Assembly (NCBI RefSeq): GCF_000150275.1
Contig: NW_002060944.1
Span: forward strand, 5,212,123 to 5,276,122
DNA: 64,000 bases
Direction of reading: 5' to 3'
Source: Trichoplax adhaerens
Taxonomy: Eukaryota > Animalia > Placozoa
In this document: positions 46,101 to 58,998 of the stretch, piece by piece
Numbering within the stretch: position 1 is the stretch's first letter
Layout: each line of letters begins with the position of its first letter
Translations under genes and position numbers: made by a program
Notes under the pieces: model-generated
The model's input: only the letters and a program-made list of their open reading frames with translations
Told to the model about the DNA's origin: nothing
Database searches by the model: none

Positions 46101-48315
46101 ACAACTGCAGAAATATACTGAATAAACAAGCTTATTCAATATGATAGATCTTATCGATACTATGTCTACAACAATTGTATTATTTCGTAACAGTCCTTAA
46201 AAGAGTATCTGTGATAATATAATTAGAATATTTTAAATCTGTGTTACAATCGATCTAGCCCATAACCAAACTGTAAGAAAGGGTCATTGCTGATTATTTA
46301 CTATATATATAAACTATTGCAAGATATTGAAATGAAAGTTGTAGATTCGAGTAACCGTTATGCTGTAATCTGAACTTAAGGTAATTAATTCGGCCATTCT
46401 CAAATGCCTTCGTATATTTCTTTGTCACATCGAATCTTTAAATACGACTAGCCATACTACTGTAATTTAAAACATATCTTATTTATTTAGTCAACTTTAT
46501 ACTAATCATACTCAAGTAGCTTGTAGCTTGCATACTGAGAAGGTCCATATTAATACCTTAAACGTGTTAAGCAGAATCGCTATAGTAACCACTGATGTCC
46601 ACTCCCATATTTGTTTCCACCTTCATCTTTTATAGCTTTACTTTGGACCGTGTGAGAATTTTATCATCCTCATTGCAAATACATAAGTGTTAGGCAGTGT
46701 AAACTGTAAAGATATAGAATAAAGGTGTTAATGTATACCGATTAGTTGTAAAGGATACGATCGATATCGGATTCCTATTAAAAGGCCCGCTCTTTGCTTT
46801 CTAGTTCATTATAATTTTCTCGTCGGCAGTCTACAACCTCAACTATTAATAGTGAAAGGTATCAAAGCTTTCAAGCCGAGCTAACTGATTTGTGGAGAAT
46901 TTATCGACTTTTTTGCCTTGTTTAACCCCCACAGTACTAAACGGGTAAATAAACTTACTTATCATGTTCTATTACATAACTTAACGCATACTTATCTCGT
47001 AATACTCATACGCTGTTGGTGCATATTTCTATCTAGACTTATTAAAGGATACATAATATGGGATCTGAAGGTGCTGAAACTGGGTTTATCTCGGATGATA
47101 ATTTAGCCAAAAATCGCACGCCTAAACATACTCAGACAGGGGGTCCAATGATGCAGCGATTAAAGTAATGTCTTATTATTACTAATATAATTATAATTAA
47201 GATTGAAGGCAGTATCCGTAGAAAAGATGTCATCGATAGCCTTTTACTCGAGATGATTTAATTCGTCTTTTGTCCATCAATTTTATTTCAAACCGAAAAG
47301 TTTCTATTCCAATCGTAGGCGGTAGCGAATCTATCGCTCTATTGGTATAAATCATGTTTAAAACTAGTGAATTAATAGAGCGAATCCTTATTACAATTTA
47401 TATTTCGGTCACTAGGGAAGCATTCTTTTCTTTTACCTTCGATAAAACTCTAAGAAATGATCAAATGCTAAGTTGAATCATTTAGCAATGTATATATATG
47501 TGTAGGATAAAGTAAGTTATACCACACAAGATATTCTTTTTAATCAATATCTTTTTCTAGAAATCTCCTCATATTTTCAGGTTTTATGGTCTAGCGATTT
47601 CGAAATTGACCAATTTATGATATCTTTCTATGTTTAAATTTCTTTTATTAATTGTAAAGCTCTTACCTAGTACTGATTCAATTAGTATTTAAGTCACCAG
47701 CTAATTAATGGCTCTAGTTGTACCGTACAATGCTAAGAAGGGCTTACTTAGTTTACTACTTTCAATAGGTTCCGAATTAATAACATACTAAACTAAAATC
47801 TGCTATAGTTATAATTTAATGGGAAAAAGACAATATTTTAGGATTATGCGAGCACCATATCTACATTTTTCACAGGTATTCTGATTTGCAACCTGTAGCT
47901 ATGATTTATAGCCCATTCTTGGTTACTTATAGTAAGAAGTCACGACTAAATTTTTTATAATGTCAGTTCTATCGTTCGCATAAAGCAGAAAATATTGCTT
48001 AATATGATTTATCGATTGGGGCTAGTTTCCCGAGTTGTTAGAAATACACTCTTACGTTTCAAAAGCATGAAAGATTAAATTGGATACCAAGACTAGCAGT
48101 ATGCTCTAGAAATATCTTGACTGAGTACAGCTCCACTAATTTTAATCGTAAACGTTGAAATGCAACTTTAATACGCTTTTACTACGTCGTCAGGAGCTAG
48201 CTTACTGTATATTTTCAATCCTGAACTTGTTAACAAAAGTTAATTTCTATTCTGTTTCCTTTTGTTCCTCAGGTCTCCATTTGGCTTAAAAGTTACTTGG
48301 GCTTACTGTATAATT

Positions 48316-49806
48316 ATGACTATCATTACCTTAATCCTATTAATTGCTCTGGCGACAAGAAATAATGATAAATTTTACGGTATAACTTATATCTGATCAA
48401 AATAAGGCAAAGTAAAAATCAATTGCGATCAATATTAATTGATAGTTATCGTTTGCTTGGTTTATTGAAAATTATTAGCTGAAGAGCGAATGGTTGCAGT
48501 ACAATCAACACAAACTGTAACTCGCGGTATCAGTTTTGTCCTTCAAAGACAGAAGGCTAGTGGTGGATGGGCTACTGTTTCCTTGACAGCTCAGGTAACT
48601 CTTGCAATCCGATTAGCAGGAGGATTTAATCCAGCTATGATCAGGTATTATATTGTATTCTCTGCATATACTACATGAAATGAATGTGAAATGGAATAAG
48701 CATATTCTATAACTTCTTCTAATCTATATATCTATTTGATATATAGATTATTCAATAATACCGCGAGTATTAAAGACTATCTTACTAAAGTTATACAGCA
48801 AAAGTATGTTTTACATGGAACAACTCCGGCTCCAACACAGCAAGCTATTACTGGTGGCCAACTTGCTTATGTTATGCTAGCATTAAAAGCAATGTGCGTC
48901 AATACAAGTCAATTTGCCAATATTAACTTAAATCAACAACTGGCACTTCGGTTAAAGAATCCAAACATTGACTTTAATCATCAATATCCTTATGCATTAG
49001 CACTACTAACATTATGTTTAAATAACTACAAGAATACTTCGAATTTTGCTTCATTTTTAAGCGAACTTCAAGTACAGTCAGATGGTGGTTGGTATGATGT
49101 TGATTCGACATCGATGGCAATCATGGCCTTGCATTGTGTTGGAGGCTATCAGAATGCTGTCCAACGTGCTATTCAATATCTACTAAAAAATCAAAATTCG
49201 AAAACTTTCCTATTTGGTAATGAATATGCAACAGCTCATGCAATTCAAGCTTTATTATCAGTTAATGTTCCGATAACTACTTGGAATTATCCTAAAGTAT
49301 TGCAATCATTATTTAAAATGCGTAAATATGATGGCACATTTGGACGTGTTGATAATACAGTTGCGGTTCTACCATCAATTACTGGTTCTACATTTTTGGA
49401 TTTAAAAAGTGCAACTTGTAAACCACCTAGTGGAGCTATTAATTCATCTGTTGTCACTATAGTCTACACTATTCGTTATAACTGCCCAACCCTTGACTTT
49501 GGAGATGAAACACCGCTGTCCATATCAGCTAAAGCGGGTAGCCCAATGTTAACATTTATGAAGATGGCAGCTGGTATGAGTAGTCGATTTAATTACACAT
49601 TAAAATATCATGCAACATTTGACGCTTATACTGTGGAAACAATCAACGGTATATCAAGTGATAGTAGTAGTAAATTGTGCTATTGGTATCTTCAATATGA
49701 TGTCACTAAACAGGAAGTTCCATTAGGTATATCTCATTTTATACCCAAGAACAACGATGAAATTTCATTCGTATATCGAAAACCTCAAAGTAGTAGTAAA
49801 AAATAA
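48316..49806 (+). CDS. Transcobalamin/intrinsic factor-family cobalamin-binding protein, copy 2 (about 429 aa from ATG 48316; N-terminus may extend upstream)
   Basis: Exons (48273)48316-48379, 48479-48644, 48747-49806. Intron phases match copy 1 and the middle exon has the same length (166 nt). Motifs GQLAYVMLAL..C, YPYALALLTLC, VDSTSMAIMALHC, FGNEYATAHAIQAL, VLPSI..FLDL, YTVETINGI..YWYL..LGISHFIP. Confidence 0.88.
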
Positions 49807-50948
49807 TAAATAGGAATATTCACCATCACTCTTTTACTATTTGTATTGATATCATATAGTTGTCAAATTTTTAGACATGCATGGAAATTATAATACGCGT
49901 ACTAATGAGCATTGTTGGGATTTGCTTGCCAAGTTTCATTCCATTTTTTTTAGTTGCTATCATTTACAAGGTAAATTTACAAAAATAGTGATATATATAG
50001 CATAAAACCCTCTTGCTATCTTCTCATCAAATGAAGCTGTCCATATAGCTAAATTTTATTTAATCGTATTTCAAAATATGTTACTACTGTCATGCGACTA
50101 TCTAGAGTTAAAATAACTGGCAAGTATATTTGAATTTATAATGCATTTATATCTTACTCAGACTTTATATCCGATTCATTTAAACACATAATATTCTACT
50201 TTCAATTTCTTTTACTAACCCAGGTAGGTATTACAGTACGTTTCTATATCTGATATTATAACTATTTATGGCTGTATTCATATTCTCGTATAAAAGAAAT
50301 AAATTATTAGAAATATAGCGAATATTCTATTCGCTAGTGAGGAAAAAAGAAATGTATGAATGAACCCGATCCACCTTTATCAGAATTTCCGAGCACTTTC
50401 GACTACCAAGGCCTCAGCCATGGAAGTAAAAGCTTTTCTTTTACTTTTGCGGCCTCAACTAACAGTTGTACTGCAATGGTTAGTAAAGAAATATAACGAA
50501 TTCAGGAATTAGCTATAAATTATTGCACAACGCACAAATCAACTATTTCAAAAAATGCAGTATAGTAATGAATGAATGACTGACATTACTATTACAGTAA
50601 CACAATTATAAAATTATAAAATCATAACTGAACTTATGATCATTATTTTCATAAGTCCACCTCATAATCATGACCCCTATCTTAATGTTAATGTATAGAA
50701 ATTTTTAAATCAGTTAATCTCCGTCTTCAAGGTGAATAAAATCCTTTATTCAGTCTTTAGCACAGATATTATAAGTAAACTATTAAATGACATAAAAAAA
50801 TTATGCGCCAGTCTGTGCAGACACTTCAATGTCAACATTGGCTTTTCCCAATTAATAGTAATAACATGGCATTATTATAACCCCAAAAAAGTCAATCATA
50901 TTGATTATGAAAAGAAACAGATAGAAATTGATTGAATGCCTTTATAAA

Positions 50949-53900
50949 TCAATCATATATTCCTTGAACCCGTTTCGACTTTGGATCGAAAGGTGATTGC
51001 AAATGTATATTGGCATCAAACTTATTACCAATACTTTCGATTTGATACTTTCCTGATTTTGCAAAATCTGCTGTGATAACTTGGCCTTCAGGGGCGCGAA
51101 TATACCCATAACCAATACTCTTACCTAGTGCAAAAGCAAAGTCACTTCGGCGAAGGAATCCGACACATTCACCATTACGCCAAATTGTTTCTAATCCATG
51201 CAGCATAATGTGACTACAAGATAGCATAAAGATCAGCAATTTGAGTAAAAAATTTCTAGATATAGCAGCTTCCAAAATGATCGTGGTTGTCACACTATAA
51301 GAACTTTGCACTCACTCATCGACAGAGAAACAATACAACTTCTTTTTCAATCCTTCACTTTTCTGCTTTTCTATGGCATCTCGACCAAAGAAATCTACAT
51401 TGGACTTTAATTTGCAAGTAAAAGCTAATCCAGCTTCGAGTGGTGTATCTTCAGGTCTGATATCAGCATGCCAGTGTCTAAAACCCTTTTCCAAACTTAA
51501 TGTATCAATTGCCCTGTATCCTGAATTGCAGATATTATGTTCAGCACCCGCTTTCATAAGCGCTTCGTAGACAGGTACGCAAGAGTCTTTAGGAATATGT
51601 AATTCCCAGCCAAGTTCTCCAACAAATGTTGCCCGAATAGCTCTCACTTTATGACCTGCTATATCGATTATTTTATTGGTTAAGTATGGAAATGCGTCAT
51701 TACTTAAGTCACTGGAAGTTAGCGATTCCAAAACTTTTCGGCTAGTAACGAATGTTAGAAATTAGAAATTAAACTATAGTCTGTTGTTATACATGTAATA
51801 TATCATGAAAGCATGATAATATTATAAAAGATTAAAGGCATACCTTTTAGGACCTTGAACGCTTAACATGCCCACATCCTCTGATAAATCGATCAATCGA
51901 CAATCCCATTTTTTATCTTCAACTATTTTTCTAATGTGTTCAAAACAGTAAGTAGCGACCGCTCCACCGACTGTGACATAAAATCCTCTCCCTACAAAAT
52001 GATACATATTAACTCATATTTATATCCTGTTTGTGTCATATGCTAATAATAATATACATACTCTATCGATCAATTGTTTATTTTTACCGTCAAAATTAGG
52101 TGCAACAGATGATTTGCCATCCTCAGAATCAATCATATTAATTATCATGTCGCCTTCAATTCCTCCTTTTTTGTTCAGCATGCATGTATACACGCTATTA
52201 CCTATTTAACATAAGTTTAAAGCATTACATTAAGCTAAAGCACATTTTAAAGGAAGACATACCATCCGCCTTAGTCATATCATTGCTGAAGATCCAATCA
52301 GCTGCTTTCTGGCTATCAGGCCCAAGAAGGTAAAATTTTCCAAAATATGACATATTAAAGACTGCGACGCTGTTACGACAAGTTAGACATTCTTCTTTGA
52401 TCTAGAAAGTTTAAGTAACATTTAAAAGTAACTTAGTAGTTTCATGCTGAAGGTATTTGTAACTAATAATAATAAAAGGAAGTATTTTATTTATTGCTAT
52501 TATCTGTAATGTAAACTTACTATATCATGATGCTTGGTAAATTCGAAGGTATAGTCATATTCTAGTTTATCCCTATAGGGGTAGTTTTTATGTGCTTCAT
52601 TACCATAGGAGCCGTAGTAATCGTAAGAAAATACCTAAAATGCAAGTCATACTGTAATTTCTGCCCGAGGAGAGAATTTAATCAACATATTACTGTATTA
52701 TTGCAGTAATAAATCACCTCTGTGCCAGTTCCAGATTTGTCAAACCATGATGGTCTTTCCCATCCATGCTTTTCCTGATAGACACAGCCTGCATCTAAAA
52801 GGACTTGATGGAATGGATCCTTTCTCATATTTCTACCAGCAAGGGGTTCATCTCGTGGAAAAACAAGGGCATAGTTTTTAGCATACGCTTCATGACTTCT
52901 TTCTTTAACCCATCTATTATTATTTGTCATTGATGGCGCGAACCGTCTGCAAGTTATTAGAGAGTGATTAATATAGAATTGGATGCATACAATGTAAGAA
53001 AGTGGCTATCATAAAGGAATATCATAACACAAATCGTGATTAAATCTTTGTTGCCTGTTGTACGTAGTAAACTATGTAATAAACATCTCTGAAATAATTT
53101 TCAGTACTGAAATACCGAATATCATATCCAAACATGTCCAGGTCGGGAGAACCATGCAAAATCCATTTGGCAAGCTCTCTTCCACAACCCCCACCTAACA
53201 TCATTCCACTAGAATTGAATCCACATCCAAAATAGAAGCCTCGAACTTCATACGACTCTCCCATTAAGGGCTTATGGTCAGCAGTAAATGACTCTATATT
53301 AGGAATGTAGGACAGTGACATTAGTCCTTACTTATGCTATTACATAAATAGATTTTGCACTTATCAATGTATGCATATCAAAAACATAGAATGAAATAGA
53401 CATGTATGCTATCAATTAATAATGCACACCAGGTCCACAGACTGTCGATTTTATGCCAGTTTCGGCTAAGATAGGCATGCGATTAACACACCCATCTACA
53501 TGAGCTGCAAAAACATCCCAGTCCAATTCGTACAAACCAAAGGCAAAATCATTGGGAACCTAAAAAGGTGAAATGTTTAATAATATAAGCGATCTTTATT
53601 GAATTTAAAATTAACGTAATCTGCAATCCATAGTACAATTAAATCGATGTGTGTTTATAACCGGATTCGAGTGTTGTTACAATTGATAACACATACGAAA
53701 TAGTAATGAACAACAGCGATCAGAATGAACTAAGACTTTGCAATAATAACTGTCATTACTAAAAGACGAAATCTTGTAGAGGGCAGCAGCTACGGTATGT
53801 ACCTACATTATAACTACCTCAATTCAACTAATGCTAACCTATATAAGGATTAAAATTATTTATTGCTAGTTATTAAGAGTGGAATTGAATGATTAAATTA

Positions 53901-55984
53901 AATAGAGTCTAATTAAATTATTATCTATGCCATAGTCGTTAATGAAATACAAAGTACACACGATATCCAATGATACAAGTTCTGCTAATTTTCTTACGTC
54001 AGTAAAAATCGGATCTGGTTCGTAACCGCCGAACGATATTGCATCTCCTTGAGTCTTCAAATAAACTGAAGAATCATGATCACGAATATTAGGTAAGTTA
54101 TGCACGCCTTCAATCCTTTCAGTGACGACATAAGCATGTTTCATAGGTACAAGTGGGACAGTAACGCCGGCCAACTTTCCTAGTGCTGGAGCCCAAACAC
54201 CACAACAGTTGACAACACAGTTGGTTTTAATTTCACCATACTTCGTTTGGACACCAGTGACAAATGGTACACCAAAGTCGTTAATACTAGTTGCTATACC
54301 AGTCACAGGGCAGTTTTGTATGATCTAGTTTGTAATTTTTATGGTATTAAAGCATGTTTTAGAACTTGATAACTATCGGTAAGAGATTAATAATTAATTT
54401 ATTGATATAAATGTAAACATCAGTCTTGACTCTAACTTTTAAAATTCAATTTACGGTCGCCACACTGGTTATAACATGCACACTATCTTAAATACTATTA
54501 CAATATTTCCACCCATATTAAACAATATTTGCGAGCAAACAATATTGAAATTTGAAAAACACATCTTAAAAAACTGCGGATAAAACTCTTAGGTATCGAA
54601 ATAGATTATTAACTGAGTAGTAATATGATTAACTCATGAGGTTGTAAATTGCAGCTGGAGGGCTGTGTGTATAAAACTTTTATCAAGTTTCTGAATACAT
54701 CAAATTGCTATTTTAGACTGATCGCGTGTTCAAGATTTTATAGTAGGATTACTGTACAACCTATGCTATATACGTATTGATATACAGTATCTGGTAAGTA
54801 TGCGGTAGCATAAAGTAATCATACATACGTTTACCTTCAATTGGGCAAATATTATAAATAATTATAATACTATCAAATAATACAGTTCAATAAGGCCACT
54901 AGTGGAATGAAGGTGATCACTCGGCTAAGATCTGCACAAAGTTAGAAGAGAGGAGAGCATGATGTTCTTACCTTTGCACCCTTGTTTGATGCAGCTCTTG
55001 TTAAAGATGTTATAAAGCCAGCTGGATCAATATCTCCATCGCCTGGACTGTATAGAGCACCAAACATATCATCGACGTTCATTAGCGGATGAACATCTTT
55101 ACTTTCGGAGGGTGATAGGACATAGGATTCAACACCAAAATTTTGACCGAGCTAAAGTAAGAATGAAATGTCATACGATTGTAATGCTGGAATAAGGCTG
55201 AGTGTCTGCCTGCATCATTGTTAGCTATGGCTGATTGATTTTTAACAGACTGTTGTGTACTGTAGTCTATTGCAATAAATACTACAGACTAAGTGGGCAA
55301 TTTGATTTCAGAAAGCGTCTTTGTCTCCATCTTTCAACTACACTAGACTAGGTGTACGTCAATTACGAGTATAGTAAGCATCGTTTGGTGGATGGTAGTG
55401 TTGATGATGAAAGCATCATCATCAAACAGGCAAAAACAAACAATCCAATCAACATTTACGAAGGACAATTTAAGATCAATGCAGCCTAGGTTCTTTAGGA
55501 AATGAATTTATGATCATCATACCGTCATCAATCTTTTATATTCATCCAATCTCTCCTTATTGGATGCAATGAACAAGCCACCTTTTTGAATCCATCCAGA
55601 GGAGATCCCCGTCTCTTCTTCTAGCGTATGACTGACTAGTTGTCTGGTATAATTCAAAATATCAATTTCTTGATCGCTTGGGCGTAGACGCCAAACTAAA
55701 CCAGCAGTATGCCAGGTTGTACCAGCCGTTAATTGATCTTTTTCAAGAAGAACAACATTAGTTGCGCCCATCTTGGCCAAATGATAGATGGTATTGGCAC
55801 CTAATGAGCCACCACCAACTACCACGACATCCGCCGATGCAGGTACCTTGATCGCTTGTTCACCTACTTGCTCTTTGAGCGTTTTATAAGGAACACCTTC
55901 CCCTACACCTTTACTATTCCATCGCACTCGATTCGATCGAGGCAAATAATAAGCTGGTAGGCGACGAGAGCACGTTCTCAACAT
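50949..55984 (-). CDS. SARDH: Sarcosine dehydrogenase, mitochondrial, 12 coding exons
   Basis: Arg-rich transit peptide [10 protein letters not shown].., Rossmann motif VVGGGSLG, covalent-FAD motif [56 protein letters not shown], GcvT-like folate domain ([35 protein letters not shown]), C-terminus [14 protein letters not shown]. These match SARDH rather than DMGDH. Confidence 0.96.
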
Positions 55985-56476
55985 TCTTCTCTATATAGGA
56001 TATCAGGCAAGTTGTCGATGTCAAAGCTAATAAGAAATACAAATCATCATTTCAAAACATGCTTAATATAAACATATTGATGGTTGACGACTCGGCGTTT
56101 TCACCATGATTGCATTCGAACCCAATCAACTCCACTCGAACGACAAAGACTAAGTCCAAAATGAGTGCATAAGATACAACTAAAACACATGCAATCTAAA
56201 AGGAATGAAAACGATGCTAGAAAACTATCTTACCTGGAATGATCTTGCTAAAGTAGTGTAGGCGTGTAGGAAATGCGCAATAAAATGCGGCTCCAACAGC
56301 TTTTCCTTCACGTATTAATTCCCCAGCGGTTGTTGATGTTGATGTTTGCCCAAGTGGGTGCAGCGTGGATGATGAGGGTATAGCCGAAAACATGGCTTGG
56401 CAATATAGTGACGACTATCGATTAAGGGTGATAGACAAGAGTTGTATGGAGATTTTCAAGCCACAAAACAGCCCCA

Positions 56477-56496
56477 GTGTGTGTGTGTGTGTGTGT
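56477..56496. repeat. (GT)10 microsatellite upstream of SARDH
   Basis: Read directly from the sequence. Confidence 0.9.
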
Positions 56497-56890
56497 CAAA
56501 AGTGGCGTCATTTGCCATACCGGTGACGCTCAAGTGTGCACATTAGCCTTCCCAGCTACAGTACAATGTCTGCTAGTTACAGTACTCAGTATTGTAGCCA
56601 TCAGTCCAACGACTGTAGAAAGTCGCACATAGTCTCAGCCTGCCACGCCCCAACGGGAGTGACAGGTACTGTAATAATCAAGCAGCCAAACTGGTTTGCA
56701 GTTGACAATCAGGCTTGGATGGCAAGCTGCTGCATGGTCTGCTACAAGTTGAGCCAAGCAAATTGTTTTCCAGTCCGGTTTAGCAAATTAATTCAATCAA
56801 TCATTTGACAATAATGAATTGGAGGTGAATCAGAATTAGAATAATATTGATTGATTGATTGATGAGCCTAGCAGTGGTAATGACTCGATG

Positions 56891-57260
56891 ACATCAACGG
56901 TGCAAAGGACCTGTGGCATACCGGCTCGAGGCCGAGATGCGGATGGAGATTTCAATCATTTGATGTATTGCAAGCTGCCGCTGTTGATCAGCATCTTGAA
57001 AGAGTGACACAGTGGAAGCGTATGGATTAGCCCAATAGGGACTATTAGTAGTGCACACAGCTCTATACTGTCATAGAAACATCAACGGTGCAAAGGACCT
57101 GTGGCATACCCGCTCGAGGCCGAGATGCGGATGGAGTTTTCAATCATTTCATGTATTGCAAGCTGCTGCTGATCAACTTGAAAGAGTGACACAGTGGAAG
57201 CGTATGGATTGATCCAATAGTGACTATTAGTAGTACACACAGCTCTATACTGTCATAGAA
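56891..57260. repeat. About 188-bp tandem duplication between the divergent SARDH and DTWD1 genes
   Basis: ACATCAACGGTGCAAAGGACCTGTGGCATACC.....CTCTATACTGTCATAGAA starts at 56891 and 57079. Confidence 0.95.
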
Positions 57261-58998
57261 CAACATCATTGTACATGTCCAACTGCTCTACAGTATCAGA
57301 CTAAGCTGCAACCTCACAAATCGAAGCAGCAAATGCAATCAAAATAACCCACTGGTATGGACTCAGATGGGAATAGAGGGTTTTACAGACTGCTGCTCTT
57401 GACAAACATCTTGATTGGACGTGTAGTGATGCACCCATAGTTGATTCTAAGGATGCCTATATACAGTAGGATGCAGTTAGGCTACTCTGAATAGCTATTA
57501 TCGTGAAGTTAATATTACATGATTGCTAACTACTATATTAGAAATGGGTGATGACTAATTATGGTACAAGATTGATGTGGCTAGAAACACTGCAGTCGTT
57601 AAAATGCCTTTCAGAGAAAGGGGCTAGAAGTTCATAGAAGAGTAGTGACATCTTCAGTAGAACGATTTGGATTGTAGAAGGTAATGATGTACTACTACAG
57701 TATTTGAGGAAAGTATTTTGTTGGATGACTCATGTCTGATTATAGATTAATCAAGTTGTCATAAATGGATTGAACGAAATGCAGATAACCACTGCACAGA
57801 TGAACTCAAGGGAGAAGAGACTTCACTTCGCTTGGAGCTCGGAATACGTCCGATTTAAGATTAGATTCTTGTAGTCATTAATTATTGCTCTACTACTCCT
57901 AAAACCTTGTAATAAATTCCTTTTAGAAATACTATTTGACTAAGATAGTTATTGTGAGACACTTTTAGTACAGGACTATACGTTAGACAGTATTGATTTG
58001 CAGAACAATGGCGATGAACAGTAGTCGAAGAGTCTAAAAATCAATATCCTCACCAATGTCTACAGTGATCATGGCTACTCTGTATTATTATTTGTCAGTC
58101 TCTTGTAAAAACTATCACCTCATCCATTGGAGCAGCAAGTGAAATGGAGTCAGCCATTGATATGGGCGGATGCGAACAAAGATTTGATGTAGAGTCCTTA
58201 ACTAAATGCAGAGTCTAGTGTACGTACATTGGTGAGAGATAACTTTTAGTAAAGGACGAGATAGTAAAATAGGTAAGCACAAGCGACAAGGCTATGAAGC
58301 CGGTCCCCCAAAATATTCATTACTCTTGCCATGAATTGAAAAATTAGAATTGCATGCTATTGCATACTAGTCTGTATAAACGTTAGCCTGCAAACAAAAT
58401 GAGCTGATGATGATCTATCAGGTGCTGCTCTACCGTATTTGCAATCAAAGGTGACAGCCTAATTTTGCTAATCTTTCTGTATGCCATTTCTAATAGTGCT
58501 AAGTTGATTACCTCTAAACTCTAGCTGAAATATGAGGGTAGATTGTAAGTTTCTTCAAGATATTTACAAGCAAATCAGCTACGATCGGGTTACTGCCATA
58601 TTGCTTGGCATACACAGTCACAATTCGGTGCTAGAAAGCAGTCAGTCTATAGTCTTGAGGTATCCGCTTGAGTATTAGTATAGCAAGACAAGAATGATAC
58701 ACTGAACCGTACAGTGTTCAGTAGTTTGGGAGTTTAAGTCTGCTGCCAGTCCACGAGTGAGAACGCTAGCTGAGCCTGCAAGCATATCATTTTTGCACCC
58801 AGTTCCTATTCAAATCCCTTAAAATCGGCAGTATTAAAGATTGATAGTTGTATAAAAGCAGAAGGAATTCAAGTACTTGTGGATTACCACTTTGGTATCC
58901 CATTGAACGTTATTACCTAGTCAGCCAAGAGAGAAATGTAAAACAACCTGGCATATTTCAAATGAGCTCCTTTTAATACTCGTTGTGCAGCTAGCCTA

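Noticed and set aside
41600-48200. A third cobalamin-binder copy or pseudogene between the paralogues
   Set aside because: No GQLAY, FGNEY or related motifs found by eye; a tBLASTn would be needed to exclude highly decayed remnants.
50949-55984. Dimethylglycine dehydrogenase or PDPR
   Set aside because: [21 protein letters not shown] and GMMLGGGCG are SARDH-type sequences.
56090-56160. tRNA or Pol III gene suggested by GGTTCGAAT on the minus strand
   Set aside because: No A-box at proper spacing and no cloverleaf can be folded.
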